Numbered from the stretch's first letter, positions 1 through 10,502 are shown. The stretch is DNA of 64,000 nucleotides from Rhodospirillales bacterium (GCA_020638365.1 JACKIQ010000005.1:50509-114508), one strand, 5' to 3'. The notes: a model not told the origin generated them from the letters alone. A program made the numbers and translations.

Positions 1-662
1 TGAAGCCTCTCTCGATGGTGGCCTGGACCGCAGGCATGATCTCTTCCCCCCGCAGCGTCTCGCTCTGGCTGATCGCCAGCGCGACCGTCGGCTTGGCGGC
101 CCCGGTCTTCCGCCATGTCTGGACGGGAACGTCCAGAACCAGCATGGACGCGTGATCGCCCGTGGCGTATTTGATCGCCATCTCGTCCGTCTGCGTCCAG
201 AGAATTTCGGCAATTTTGGGGGTAAGGGTCGAATGGGTCACAAGGCAGACCGTCTCCAGCGCATCGTCCAGATGCTCGATATTCTCGACATACTCGAAAT
301 CCTTGACACGAAGCCCGTCCTCATCCGAAAGCCAGCTTTCCTCTTTAAGGGCTGGAGTTCTACCGCCCTCCGCCATGGAAGACGCCTCCAACCCGTTATG
401 AAGAAGCTCAGCCGTCCGCCGGGTCCGCTCGGCCGGAGAATGCAGCACCGCGTCAATCGGCCGGTCCGGAAAAACTCTCTGATATTCGGCAAGGCTGTGC
501 GCCACCTGCTTGGCCATCCTTTCGGCGTCAAGCTCATGCCCGTGACGCATCAGAATCAGGCGCTTGAAAGGTTGGTCCGACTGTTGATCAGGCACGGAAT
601 CGGCCGCATCGGACAAACCGCCGAACATCCCCGACAGAAATTTTGGCAGTTTCCAACCCATT
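1..662 (-). CDS. histidine phosphatase family protein (SixA-like); C-terminus runs off the window edge
   Basis: Reverse frame is open from ATG at 662 to position 1, and is absent from the ORF track because there is no stop in the window. Translation MGWKLPKFLSG..LILMRHGHELDAERMAK..SPAERTRRTAELL..VCLVTHS carries the RHG phosphatase signature. Confidence 0.7.
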
Positions 663-784
663 GAAAGTACCCTCACCCTGATAACTAAATTATGAAAACC
701 CACGCTGATGATAATACAGATGCCGCTTCAAGTCAAAAAAACAAGGCAGATGTCCGGGAAAAATATACAAAAAGCGCTGAAGTA

Positions 785-859
785 TGGTGCCCGGGGGCGG
801 AATCGAACCACCGACACGGGGATTTTCAGTCCCCTGCTCTACCCCTGAGCTACCCGGGC
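785..859 (-). tRNA. tRNA-Phe (GAA)
   Basis: Reverse-strand cloverleaf GCCCGGG-TA-GCTC..GAGC, anticodon loop CTGAAAA, T-loop GGTTCGATTCC, encoded CCA. Confidence 0.95.
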
Positions 860-977
860 ACGGGAAAAGCGGGATAAAAAGCTAGAATACGGCTTATAAA
901 AGAATGAACCCGCACTGTCCAGCCCTACTTTAAAAACCGCCTGAAAACACACAGCCTGAGGCGGTAAACGTAAGGCT

Positions 978-2234
978 CTATATCTCGACCCCCTCGACAC
1001 GCTCATAAAGCGTGGGCGTCCGCCGCTTGCGGGTAATTTCCATCAGGCCGAGGCTGGTCAGCCCGTGAATCTGCACCGTGCAGGGATCTTCGTCAAACCC
1101 CTTTTCCAGCGCCCGGATCAGTTCGTTCTGCTCCTTGCGTGTTTTCATTTTAAGAAAGTCGATAATGATAATCCCGCCGAGATTCCGCAGCCGCACCTGC
1201 CGCGCGACCTCCTCGGCCGCCTCGACGTTTACCGCAAGATGAGAACGCCTGTCCGCCCCCTTGTTTACATCTATGGCCGTCAGCGCCGCCGTCTCCTGGA
1301 TAATCAGGTTCCCCCCGCTCGGAAGCAGGCTGTAATCGTGGAAAAGCGTTTCGATCAACGTAAGAACGTCCCGGTACCCGAACAGCGCCAGATCTTTTGT
1401 AGCGTCATCCAGTTCGATCGGCGTCACGCGGGGTACAAGGTCCGGCGCAAAAACCGAACACCATTCCTCGACGGCGCCGTAATGGTCCATGGTCACGACC
1501 TCAATCCGCTCGATTTTCTCCACGGCAAGATCGCTCAGGATCCGCTGGATGGAATCCGGCCCCAGCATGATAAGCGCCGGATCGCTCCCCTCGAAAAACG
1601 CCTGAAGCTCCGACCACACGCTTTTAAGGATGGTCGCCTCCCGCACGAGAATATCGGTCTGGATATCCGCCGCCGAAGACCGCAGGATAAAGCCGTCCAT
1701 CCCCTCCAGCGCCCCCAGCATATCCGAAAGGGTAGAGCGCAGGGCTTTTTTACGGATGCGTTGCGAGATGTGGTTCCCCTCCATCAGCGGACAGTAAATC
1801 AGGTGCCGTCCCGGTATGGAGATATCCATGCTGAGCTGTGCCGATTTCTGCTCCAGCGGAAGCTCTGAATCCATCGTGCGCGGAAGGTAGGCGCTCTTGG
1901 CCTGTACAATAATCATATCGCCGGGCTTGAAAACCTTCCCGATCGCCCGCTCACCGCCTTTGATGATCGAGCCGTCCTTGGCCCGTACCCGCACGTCGCG
2001 ATTATACAGAACCCCTGTATAGCTTCCGTCCAGATCAACGAAAGCCGCATCCAGTGAGGCGCTGACCGAAGTCACCTTCCCCCAGTAGATAGACCCCCAC
2101 CGCACCGCCTCGTGCGCAGGGTCGATCTCCAGACCTTCCAGCCGCCCCTTTTCAAGAGCCGCGGCCCACATCTGGCCTTGATATTCCTCGATCAGTATAT
2201 CCAAACTGCCCCCGGCTTTTCCGTGTGACGACAA
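978..2234 (-). CDS. rng: ribonuclease E/G family protein (RNase G-like)
   Basis: 418 aa. S1-like N-terminus (GSIYWGKVTSVSASLDAAFVDLDG) and RNase E/G catalytic core motifs (ALTAIDVNKG, GGIIIIDFL). Confidence 0.85.
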   Translation of the reverse strand: MSSHGKAGGSLDILIEEYQGQMWAAALEKGRLEGLEIDPAHEAVRWGSIYWGKVTSVSASLDAAFVDLDGSYTGVLYNRDVRVRAKDGSIIKGGERAIGKVFKPGDMIIVQAKSAYLPRTMDSELPLEQKSAQLSMDISIPGRHLIYCPLMEGNHISQRIRKKALRSTLSDMLGALEGMDGFILRSSAADIQTDILVREATILKSVWSELQAFFEGSDPALIMLGPDSIQRILSDLAVEKIERIEVVTMDHYGAVEEWCSVFAPDLVPRVTPIELDDATKDLALFGYRDVLTLIETLFHDYSLLPSGGNLIIQETAALTAIDVNKGADRRSHLAVNVEAAEEVARQVRLRNLGGIIIIDFLKMKTRKEQNELIRALEKGFDEDPCTVQIHGLTSLGLMEITRKRRTPTLYERVEGVEI

Positions 2235-2251
2235 AGAGTTAACGAACCATT

Positions 2252-2839
2252 CTACCTGAAGAAACCGTTCCCGGCCAGAAGTTGAACGGTATCATGCACG
2301 GACAGCCCCACGACATTCGAATAAGACCCGCGGACAAATGGGATGAACGCCGCCGCCAGCCCCTGAATGGCGTACCCTCCGGCCTTACCCTGCCACTCCT
2401 CGCCGGCGATATAAGCCTCCTGCTCCTCATTGCTTATCGTTTTGAACCTGACGACCGTATCGCATAACCGTATGAGTGTCTCTCCCGCGGGCGTAATCAG
2501 GCAAATCCCCCCGTAAACATGGTGACGACGCCCGGATAGAATTTTAAGGCAGGCCCGTGCCTCCCCCACGCTCTCCGCTTTAGGCAAAATGCGCCGCCCG
2601 CAGGCCACGACCGTGTCGGCCGCAAGGATGTAAGCCCCTTCAGCATCCCTCCCGCACGATTCCCGGGCCGCCTCAGCCTTCATCCGCGCAAGGCGAACCG
2701 CGAGAGCGCGGGGCAATTCCCCTTTCAGGGGCGTTTCGTCGATATCGGTGGGAGTAATAAGCGTAGGTTCAATCCCCGCCTGTCTCAGAAGGTCAAGCCG
2801 TCTGGGAGAAGCGGAGGCAAGGATAAGCTTATTTTTCAC
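2252..2839 (-). CDS. maf: Maf-like nucleoside triphosphate pyrophosphatase
   Basis: 195 aa. N-terminus [19 protein letters not shown] and [10 protein letters not shown] are typical of the Maf family. Confidence 0.9.
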   Translation of the reverse strand: MKNKLILASASPRRLDLLRQAGIEPTLITPTDIDETPLKGELPRALAVRLARMKAEAARESCGRDAEGAYILAADTVVACGRRILPKAESVGEARACLKILSGRRHHVYGGICLITPAGETLIRLCDTVVRFKTISNEEQEAYIAGEEWQGKAGGYAIQGLAAAFIPFVRGSYSNVVGLSVHDTVQLLAGNGFFR

Positions 2840-3047
2840 GGAAGATAATTCGGCCCTTTGTCAGGTCATAGGGAGTCATTTCAACCAGAACGACGTCCCC
2901 CTGCAGGACACGGATGCGGTTCTTGCGCATCTTTCCGGCCGTATGCGCAAGAATAACGTGATCATTCTCCAGCTTCACGCGAAACATCGCGTTCGGAAGA
3001 ATCTCCGTCACCACCCCTTTGAACTCCATAAGGTCTTCTTTTGCCAT
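2829..3047 (-). CDS. infA: translation initiation factor IF-1
   Basis: 72 aa, [51 protein letters not shown]. Near-canonical IF-1. Confidence 0.97.
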   Translation of the reverse strand: MAKEDLMEFKGVVTEILPNAMFRVKLENDHVILAHTAGKMRKNRIRVLQGDVVLVEMTPYDLTKGRIIFREK

Positions 3048-3136
3048 TGGTCAGAAAAAACTCCAATATTCTAGTCGGTTACCTTTTACACCGTTCTAAA
3101 GGGAAAAAGCAACGTCAAATCAGAGAGGAACGGAAT

Positions 3137-3637
3137 TTAGCGCCAGATGAGGGCTTTCCCGCTGTGGAGCACGCAGATAAGCGAAAAAAGCCGTCTCGAC
3201 GTATTCAAATCCATAAGAATTTTATCCATCAGCCGGTCCATCAGCAGCTCAGCACCTTCGTTATGAAGCCCGCGACGCCCCATGTCGATCGCCTCTATAC
3301 GCGAGGGTTTACCCTCCCGCAGCGCCTCTTCATAGCTGTGCACGATCATGAAATAGTCCTTGATCAACCGTTGATAGGGTTTAAGAGACAGCACCAGCAT
3401 CGGCAACTCATCCCCGATCACATTGGTTACGCGGAAAACAAGGCGGTTCTCTTCTATGGACAGAACGACATCGTAAGGCCCGCTATGATCCTTGACCGGC
3501 TGAAAATAGCTGTCTTGCCGCAAATCGTGCATCGCCGTCTGGTGATCCCGTACGATCAGCGTCGTTGCCCCAAGATCCTCCGCACCTCTTAGGTCGAAGC
3601 TGCGGATCCTGCTCTTGCTTGTCGGCTTCATGGGCAT
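3137..3637 (-). CDS. UPF0262 family protein
   Basis: 166 aa. The pattern LKPYQRLIKDYFMIVHSYEEA..IEAIDMGRRGLHNEGAELL matches the alphaproteobacterial UPF0262 family, which is commonly near his genes. Confidence 0.7.
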   Translation of the reverse strand: MPMKPTSKSRIRSFDLRGAEDLGATTLIVRDHQTAMHDLRQDSYFQPVKDHSGPYDVVLSIEENRLVFRVTNVIGDELPMLVLSLKPYQRLIKDYFMIVHSYEEALREGKPSRIEAIDMGRRGLHNEGAELLMDRLMDKILMDLNTSRRLFSLICVLHSGKALIWR

Positions 3638-3648
3638 GATGCAAAGCC

Positions 3649-4320
3649 CTACCCCTTCGAATGAACGGCGTTACGAAACGATTCGACCCAGCGCTCGACC
3701 TCCCCCGGACGCGTCTTGAACGCGCTGCGGTTGACGATCAGGCGCGACGACACCTCAAGGATCGTCTCGACTTCAACCAGGCCGTTCGCCTTCAGCGTCG
3801 CCCCGGAGGACACGAGATCGACGATCCGCCGCACCAGCCCCAGCGCAGGCGCGATCTCCATCGCACCGTTCAGCTTGATGCATTCCGCCTGCACCCCGCG
3901 CTTGGCGAAATGCCGCGCTGTCAGGGACGGATATTTCGTGGCAACCCGGATATGGCTCCATTTATCCGGCGCATCGGTTTCAAGATCGGCCTTTGGCACG
4001 GCCACGGACAGGCGGCACTTGCCGATCCCCAAGTCCAGCGGAGAATAAAGCTCGGTGTAATTGAACTCTTCAATGGCGTCGCTGCCCACCACGCCGAGCT
4101 GCGCCCCCCCGTAAGCCACGAAAGTCGCCACATCGAACGCCCGCACGCGGATGATATCCAGTTCCGGATGGTTGGTGGAAAACAACAGCTTTCGGCTGTC
4201 CTCGTCCTCGAAATCGGCTTCGGGCAAAATCCCGCAAGCCTTGAAAAGAGGCATGACCTCCTTCAGTATCCGGCCCTTCGGGACGGCCATGATCAGTTTT
4301 GGCGTAGCATCAGAACTCAT
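3649..4320 (-). CDS. hisG: ATP phosphoribosyltransferase, short form
   Basis: 223 aa. Motifs [40 protein letters not shown] and [15 protein letters not shown]. Confidence 0.92.
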   Translation of the reverse strand: MSSDATPKLIMAVPKGRILKEVMPLFKACGILPEADFEDEDSRKLLFSTNHPELDIIRVRAFDVATFVAYGGAQLGVVGSDAIEEFNYTELYSPLDLGIGKCRLSVAVPKADLETDAPDKWSHIRVATKYPSLTARHFAKRGVQAECIKLNGAMEIAPALGLVRRIVDLVSSGATLKANGLVEVETILEVSSRLIVNRSAFKTRPGEVERWVESFRNAVHSKG

Positions 4321-4543
4321 GGTGTATCACTTAGCGGGAAGCGGTGAATACGGCAAGACCTTTTGCCGCACCGCACCATTTTGAACCCGCCAACCAAGAA
4401 AAGCAAGAGAAGGCAATACTGTGACAGGCAAAAACTATAGCTGTCCTCAGGGCTTGCCCAACAGAGTTTTAGACATTAACATTTTTAAACATCAGGATGT
4501 CCGGATCATTTAACTAATCGCTATATTAAATTTTTATAACCAA

Positions 4544-5113
4544 ATGAAAAAATTATACTTTTTGATCTTATTATGTCTTTTATGCGCATGCGACAACACT
4601 TCGCAAAACGCTCTATCAGGGCGCTGCAAAGCTTTTTATACGGACCTCTCTGAAGAATTATACGGGGCCGAAAGCGCCTTCAAGTCCGGTCAATCGGCAA
4701 AAGACGTCATAAACCTCTACGAAATAAAGATTTTCGGCCATAAAAAGAAAGCAGAACAACTCCGCGACGATCTGGCCACGGGCGGCGAGCGCTACCGCTG
4801 GAAATGGCCCCGCCGCATGCGCAGCGAAGAAATATTCGAGTTCAAGGTCGCCTCCGCCTATTCGGGAGACTTGGAATCTCTAAAGCCGCTGGGCGAAAAA
4901 TACAGGGACACTTTCGAAGATCTCTCATGGTTCTGCAACCGCGTAATCAGCGCGGAAATGCCGCCGCTCGGCCCCAGCAAGGGCCTGAACGAACGCTTTA
5001 TGGATCAAATGATGATCTCCCAGCAACTCAAAATCCTCCGGGCGGTCAAGACAAAGGAAGAAGGCGAAGCCTACACGGATTTTCTCATCCGCTCCGGCGC
5101 CCTGCGCCAGTAA
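4544..5113 (+). CDS. hypothetical lipoprotein
   Basis: 189 aa with signal peptide and lipobox MKKLYFLILLCLLCAC. The 5' end is AT-rich. No recognisable domain. Confidence 0.6.
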   Translation: MKKLYFLILLCLLCACDNTSQNALSGRCKAFYTDLSEELYGAESAFKSGQSAKDVINLYEIKIFGHKKKAEQLRDDLATGGERYRWKWPRRMRSEEIFEFKVASAYSGDLESLKPLGEKYRDTFEDLSWFCNRVISAEMPPLGPSKGLNERFMDQMMISQQLKILRAVKTKEEGEAYTDFLIRSGALRQ

Positions 5114-5116
5114 CCC

Positions 5117-6139
5117 CTATCCACCCATATGCGCGACATGCCACAGCGCCATCCGCGCCGCCTCGTAAACGGAAATCCCGCGCTCATGCAAGCCGGAGAG
5201 TATATTCTCGATTGTCTTCTCAATCTCCTTGAGGCGAGCCTTCTGCGGCGCATAAGGCATAATGACCAACTCCCCCTCCGGCGTCGCCAGAATGAAATCC
5301 GGCGCACTTTGAATCACGTAACCGTTTTCGCTTTTCGCTCTCTCCCGCAGCATGGACAGCGGATCGGCCACGCTTTTATCCGCCCGCACGAAATGCACCA
5401 TCCGCTTCCTCTGCGCCCGCTTCGCCGCCATCGCGTTCAACGCCGCAATTCTCATATTCTTGGGAAACGGGTTATAATTTTCAAGCGCAGCATGACCGGC
5501 TTGCGCGACGCTGCGATTCGGAATACCGATATCCGCCACAACGACAGGCCCGCAATACGAAACACCGGGATAGAGAACATGCCCCAGCTTCTTCCGGCAA
5601 AACGTGACGGTCAGTTTCGCGCTCGGCGTAAACGGCGCGACCTCCGCCGTTGTCCCGTTCACCCCGCTGGGAATATCGACCGCGATCACCAGCGGCTTTG
5701 TACTCCCGATTTTTTGAAAAACCTCCAGAACGGGCGAACGGAATGCGCCCCTGAACCCCGTCCCGAACACCGCATCCACTACCAGTAAATCGGGCGTAAT
5801 CTCCACTTCCTCGAACCGCAAAACCGGACCGTCCCATAAATCCGCCGCCTTTCGCGCATCGCCCTTAAGCGCCGCAACGGGAACGCAGCATGCCACCTGC
5901 ACATCCCACCCCTGCGCCTTCAAAAGCGCAGCAATCACGAACCCGTCCCCGCCGTTATTCCCCGGCCCGCACAACACCAGAACCGGACACGGCTGCACCC
6001 GCTCGGCGATGATATCCGCCGCCGCCTGCCCCGCATTCTGCATCAGGGTAAAACCGGGAACCCCGGACTCGATCGTAATCCGGTCCGCATCGGCCATTTG
6101 TTGATTGGTTAAAATCTCGCACGGAGAAGCAAAAATCAC
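5117..6139 (-). CDS. NAD(P)H-hydrate epimerase (YjeF N-terminal domain) with a short, degenerate C-terminal remnant
   Basis: 340 aa. The N-terminal half has VLVLCGPGNNGGDGFVIAALL (YjeF_N). The C-terminal ~120 aa only faintly resembles the end of the dehydratase domain. Confidence 0.75.
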   Translation of the reverse strand: MIFASPCEILTNQQMADADRITIESGVPGFTLMQNAGQAAADIIAERVQPCPVLVLCGPGNNGGDGFVIAALLKAQGWDVQVACCVPVAALKGDARKAADLWDGPVLRFEEVEITPDLLVVDAVFGTGFRGAFRSPVLEVFQKIGSTKPLVIAVDIPSGVNGTTAEVAPFTPSAKLTVTFCRKKLGHVLYPGVSYCGPVVVADIGIPNRSVAQAGHAALENYNPFPKNMRIAALNAMAAKRAQRKRMVHFVRADKSVADPLSMLRERAKSENGYVIQSAPDFILATPEGELVIMPYAPQKARLKEIEKTIENILSGLHERGISVYEAARMALWHVAHMGG

Positions 6140-6630
6140 CCCGGCCCCGGCTCGTCCCTAGCCGGTTCGCCCAGAATGGGCGCCGCCTCGCCCAGCCGCC
6201 TCTGGCTTTCGCGCTCGTCCCACGTCTTCTTCGGCCAGATCTCGATCCGGTCATAAACGCCGACGAAGACAAGCTCACGACCCTCTTTACCCTTGAGACC
6301 GAGCTGCGCAATATGCTCCTTCGATAAAAGGGTTCGCCCCTGCTCGTCACTGGATAAAGGCGAACAAAACGGAGCGACCCGGTGAGCGTCGGTGATCGCA
6401 CCGCCTTCGGAAGCCTGCCTGAACAGGCTGCGCAGCGGCAGGATAATCAGGTGCGAACGATCCGCCGAAAGCGCTATCCCGAACGACTCGCCATCTGCGC
6501 CTTCTTCAAGCGCGGACACGATCCGGCGGAAATCCGCAGGCAACGAGACACGATTCTTGTTATCCAGCTTGTGCCGGTGCGTTCCAAGGAAGACCTTGCT
6601 CAGATCGGTGGACATGCCACTTTTCTCCAC
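6136..6630 (-). CDS. mraZ: MraZ family transcriptional regulator
   Basis: 164 aa. Two MraZ repeats: FLGTHRHKLDNKNRVSLPADFR and SSDEQGRTLLSKEHI..VFVGVYDRIEIWPKKTWDE. Overlaps the downstream gene by 4 nt. Confidence 0.8.
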   Translation of the reverse strand: MEKSGMSTDLSKVFLGTHRHKLDNKNRVSLPADFRRIVSALEEGADGESFGIALSADRSHLIILPLRSLFRQASEGGAITDAHRVAPFCSPLSSDEQGRTLLSKEHIAQLGLKGKEGRELVFVGVYDRIEIWPKKTWDERESQRRLGEAAPILGEPARDEPGPG

Positions 6631-6763
6631 TTTAACTCCATCTTAACGGCAAAACTAACAAACCAGAAGTAAAAACACCAACGAAATAAACAATCGCCTT
6701 ATGCGAAATATTTGACAATAAACCTGCCTTTCTGGAATGATCGCTTTAAACAGGGATAAGTAA

Positions 6764-7546
6764 ATGTCCGCAACCGACTATTTATACAGAACCCTCGGCA
6801 GCCTGCGCAACCTCTGGCCCGCAGGCAAGCCGCATGAATTCATGGGCCATGATATTGCGGATTCCCTTGCCATCGCAGACCACCTTATCGCCGAAGACAG
6901 GGGTGAAATAGAGGTCGCGCAACTCATAGACGCCAGCTACGCCAACCGCCGCGTGAAGATGCCGCAATTCATCGCCGCTCTTAGAAAACTCTCCGATGCC
7001 GGAAGCATGGCCGCCGGAAATTACCGCAACACCGTGGCAGCGATGACGATGGGGGATCACCACGACATGGGCGGCGACTACGAACTCGCGGCCATTAATT
7101 ACGTCCTCGCCTATCTCCACAGCCACGACCGTGGCTTCATGCATATGGCCAAGGAGATCGAGGGCCGCAACGCCCACCGCGACGCCGAAGGCTACGGAAA
7201 CGCCGTCTACTGGCTGGCGCAGAGCGAAGGCGATCCCGCGCAGCTTTTGGAGGAAATGCTCGAACTCAAGCGCCGGACGAATCTGGCACTGAATTATTAT
7301 CCAGAAGAGTATTATGAAGACCTGATCAGGGGTATGGACGAAAATCCCGATATCCGCAGAGCCATGAACGCCGATTTTCTCATCTATCGGTCCGCAGCGG
7401 CGCTCCACTTCAATCTTGACCGCGACCGCGCATGGGGACTGTACATGGACGGGCTGCGCAGCGGTCCGACCGAACACGCGCTGGCCAACCCGTTCATCCG
7501 TAACGCCTTCGAGGATTCACGGCCAAAAAAACAGTTCGAGGCTTGA
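6764..7546 (+). CDS. hypothetical protein
   Basis: 260-aa ORF in an otherwise empty interval. The antisense 231-aa ORF looks like a GC-shadow. No motif recognised. Confidence 0.5.
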   Translation: MSATDYLYRTLGSLRNLWPAGKPHEFMGHDIADSLAIADHLIAEDRGEIEVAQLIDASYANRRVKMPQFIAALRKLSDAGSMAAGNYRNTVAAMTMGDHHDMGGDYELAAINYVLAYLHSHDRGFMHMAKEIEGRNAHRDAEGYGNAVYWLAQSEGDPAQLLEEMLELKRRTNLALNYYPEEYYEDLIRGMDENPDIRRAMNADFLIYRSAAALHFNLDRDRAWGLYMDGLRSGPTEHALANPFIRNAFEDSRPKKQFEA

Positions 7547-7553
7547 AAGCGCC

Positions 7554-7868
7554 TTAACCTCCGCACAACGCCTTCAGGAAACTCGGCCCGGTCTTGCAGG
7601 CAATAATCTCGATCTCGCCCCAGACTTTGTTCTGAACATAAGGCTCTTTTTTCAGATATTCGTCCAGCGCCGCGCGCGAATCCATTTCGAACACCATGAC
7701 CGATCCGCACATATTGCCCTCATCGTTAAGCAGGGCCGCGCCGTATATCTGCTCGCCCCGTTCTAAAGCAGAATCGCACAGGGCGATATGCGCCTCGCGC
7801 ACTTCAAGACGCCGCGCCAGCGCCCCCTCGTCTTTCGCATCGCGGGCTATAACGACGAACTGCGGCAT
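7554..7868 (-). CDS. YciI family protein
   Basis: The internal ATG at 7868 gives a 104-aa MPQFVVIARDAKDEGALARRLEVREAHIA..EPYVQNKVWGEIEI protein typical of YciI. The longer 163-aa ORF would overlap fabI. Confidence 0.75.
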   Translation of the reverse strand: MPQFVVIARDAKDEGALARRLEVREAHIALCDSALERGEQIYGAALLNDEGNMCGSVMVFEMDSRAALDEYLKKEPYVQNKVWGEIEIIACKTGPSFLKALCGG

Positions 7869-7869
7869 G

Positions 7870-8724
7870 TCAGGCCGCTTCCTCGGATGATTTGGGCGAT
7901 ATCCCTTGCAGCAGCTCAGCCGTGCCCGCTGCGGAATCAACGGCCACCATGCCCACCGTGTGATACCCGGCATCCACGTGAAGAACCTCGCCGGTGACCC
8001 CGCTGCCCAGATCCGAGAGCAGGAATAGCCCGGCCCGGCCGACATCGTTGATCGTCACGTTGCGCCGTAGAGGGGAATTGAGCTCGTTCCATTTCAGGAT
8101 ATAGCGGAAATCGCCGATCCCGCTGGCCGCGAGCGTCTTGATCGGCCCCGCCGAAATCGCGTTCACGCGGATATTGTCCTTGCCCACATCGGCGGCCAGG
8201 TATCGCACTGAAGCCTCAAGCGCAGCCTTGGCCACGCCCATGACGTTGTAATGCGGCATAACCCGCTCGGCCCCGTAATAGGTCAGGGTCAGAAGACTCC
8301 CGCCGTTTTCCTTCATCAAAGGATAGGCGCGCTGAGCTATGGCCGTGAAAGAATAGACGGAAATATCCATAGTCCGCTGAAAATTGCCTCGGCTGGTGTT
8401 CAGGTACATCCCGTCCAGTTCGTTCTTGTCGGAAAAGGCAATGGCATGCACGACAAAATCAAGCGCTCCCCATTCCTTCTCAAGCGTCTTGAAGACCGCA
8501 TCGACGCTCTCCTCGTCCGTCACGTCGCAAGGGAGGACGATCTTCGAGCCTGCCTTTTCCGCCAGTGGACGCACACGCTTTTCGAGAGCCTCCCCCTGAA
8601 AGGTAAAAGCCAGTTCAGCGCCATTGTTCATAGCTTGTTCGGCTATCCCCCACGCGATCGAACGATCGTTCGCCACGCCCATGATAAGCCCGCGTTTACC
8701 TTTCAAAAAGTCACTCATAGTCAC
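7870..8724 (-). CDS. fabI: enoyl-ACP reductase (NADH)
   Basis: 284 aa. Motifs LKGKRGLIMGVANDRSIAWGIA, MGVAKAALEASVRYLA and RVNAISAGPIKTLAASGI. Confidence 0.93.
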   Translation of the reverse strand: MTMSDFLKGKRGLIMGVANDRSIAWGIAEQAMNNGAELAFTFQGEALEKRVRPLAEKAGSKIVLPCDVTDEESVDAVFKTLEKEWGALDFVVHAIAFSDKNELDGMYLNTSRGNFQRTMDISVYSFTAIAQRAYPLMKENGGSLLTLTYYGAERVMPHYNVMGVAKAALEASVRYLAADVGKDNIRVNAISAGPIKTLAASGIGDFRYILKWNELNSPLRRNVTINDVGRAGLFLLSDLGSGVTGEVLHVDAGYHTVGMVAVDSAAGTAELLQGISPKSSEEAA

Positions 8725-8916
8725 ATGCCATAAATTTTCATTATCTGCCCCTGTATCCTACACATTTCGCTTTCTGCGTCTAGGGGCCATAAGCACGTTT
8801 TTATGTGCGGCCGCCTTTACGCATGCTTCACGACTTCCGATTTATTCCCGCCGGTTTTTCTGATAGCATGGAAGCTTAAGAAAAATTGAAACAACTCGTA
8901 TCCATACTCCATAACT

Positions 8917-10473
8917 ATGACGGTCGATCGTAAAACCGCACTCCACATATGCAAGGTCATCGCCCGGCAGATCCAAAGCGGCTACCCCGATCTGACGTTG
9001 AAGTTTGCCGTCCATGAAGAGCGTAATCGGCAAAAGGCGCTGGTTCGCGAGACACCGGAGATTCAGGAACACCCTGCGGGCCAGGTCTTGCTGGATTACA
9101 TCATGGCCAGTAAGGACAAGGACATCACCGGAAACCGCTCCAGGTTTGTCGGACTGGCGCAGCACAGCAACCCCGGTGTCCTTGGTTTCTTCCGCTCAAC
9201 GGAAACGATCGGGTTGTTTTTTGTAAACCACGAGCGTTTCAAGAGTCAGGAAGACCTGAAAAACCATGCTCTCCATATGGTCTGGCATGCACTCGCGCTT
9301 TATGATGATTACGCGCAGGCCGAGAAAAATCAGCAGCAGGAAACGGGGACGCTGCCGAGTATTGCGAAAAGAAAAAAGGAGCGTGAAAGCGAAGCCTCCG
9401 CCAAGAAAAACGACAAGGACGCCCCGGACTCACGGTTTGAAATTAGCGAAGACGTTATCCTCACAAAGCTGGAAATCCAGGATCAGTATCACCGGAACCT
9501 TCTGGCTGATATTTTCTCCGCGACTTTTCAGGCCATACACGGGACTGAAAACGCCATCCGCAACCTCGCGACCCAGCGTATGCTTGATACCCTCACCCCC
9601 CAGCTCGGCTTTGTTTCCGAAAGATACCCCTACCCCGTCTGCCTTGAAACACTCGAACTTCTATTTAGCGAAAGCATGCGCGCCTCAGGCAGAAAGGAAA
9701 AAGGCGTCGCCCTTGCCGCCCGCATAACCAGCGAGATCGGCATGACATATCAGGTTAACGCCATCAAGCAATGGCGATCCTTTTGCGTCCCGGCACAGGA
9801 AATGGCCTGGTGCGGTTTCAAACCGGAAACGATTTTGGGAGCCGCAATCTACACGAATGAAAACACCTACGTTCGCTCTATAGCCGACATGGTCTCAGAA
9901 CACCTTGAAATAAAACCTGAAATTTTCAGCAGCCTGAACGACTACAACCCCTTTGCGGACGCTGAGTGGAACAAGCGCCTTCACGAAAAAATGGCCGTGG
10001 AACGTTACAAGACCGCTATGGAAAAAATCCGAACCCCCGAAGACCATAAAATTCTGCTTCAGGAAGCCGCCAAGCAATGCCAGAAGCTCAAGGGCGGCAA
10101 TCCGATTGGCTGGTCCGCTCATGCGCTGGTGGCTTTGAGTGATGAGATTATTCTGACCGACCCGAAAACGCTGGCACATCAGAAAAAACGCCTGCAAACC
10201 CTTTTCGAACAGCACTTCCGGCGGGTAAGTTGGGAAAACCTCCGAAGTTTCGCTCGCTTCATCTTCCGTCAGCGCCGCGACGGAAATGAAATAACCATGC
10301 CCCTGCTGGCATCAGTCCCGGCTAAAACCGAGGATATTGTCCTGATAAAGGACACCTTTACTAAACTCGATGAACTGGCGACCCTGACGGAAGAAGCCGC
10401 AGCAAAAGAAGAAGAAAAATCCAAATCGCAAGGCAGCTTCGCCAGCTTTGCCCGCCCCAACGCCTTAAAATAA
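8917..10473 (+). CDS. hypothetical protein
   Basis: 518-aa ORF with no signal peptide and no recognised motif. Lys/Glu-rich C-terminus. Confidence 0.55.
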   Translation: MTVDRKTALHICKVIARQIQSGYPDLTLKFAVHEERNRQKALVRETPEIQEHPAGQVLLDYIMASKDKDITGNRSRFVGLAQHSNPGVLGFFRSTETIGLFFVNHERFKSQEDLKNHALHMVWHALALYDDYAQAEKNQQQETGTLPSIAKRKKERESEASAKKNDKDAPDSRFEISEDVILTKLEIQDQYHRNLLADIFSATFQAIHGTENAIRNLATQRMLDTLTPQLGFVSERYPYPVCLETLELLFSESMRASGRKEKGVALAARITSEIGMTYQVNAIKQWRSFCVPAQEMAWCGFKPETILGAAIYTNENTYVRSIADMVSEHLEIKPEIFSSLNDYNPFADAEWNKRLHEKMAVERYKTAMEKIRTPEDHKILLQEAAKQCQKLKGGNPIGWSAHALVALSDEIILTDPKTLAHQKKRLQTLFEQHFRRVSWENLRSFARFIFRQRRDGNEITMPLLASVPAKTEDIVLIKDTFTKLDELATLTEEAAAKEEEKSKSQGSFASFARPNALK

Positions 10474-10502
10474 TCTCGCAATAACACTCTATAACTGTCT
10501 GA

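Noticed and set aside
152-664. 170-aa forward ORF (and the 79-aa and 99-aa ORFs) at the left edge
   Set aside because: The reverse strand over the same interval encodes a coherent RHG histidine-phosphatase sequence starting at ATG 662. The forward ORFs are Arg/Pro-rich GC-shadow frames.
7554-8045. 163-aa version of the YciI ORF
   Set aside because: The N-terminal 59 codons overlap the fabI 3' end and are Trp/Pro/Arg-rich. The internal ATG at 7868 gives a canonical ~100-aa YciI and abuts the fabI stop.
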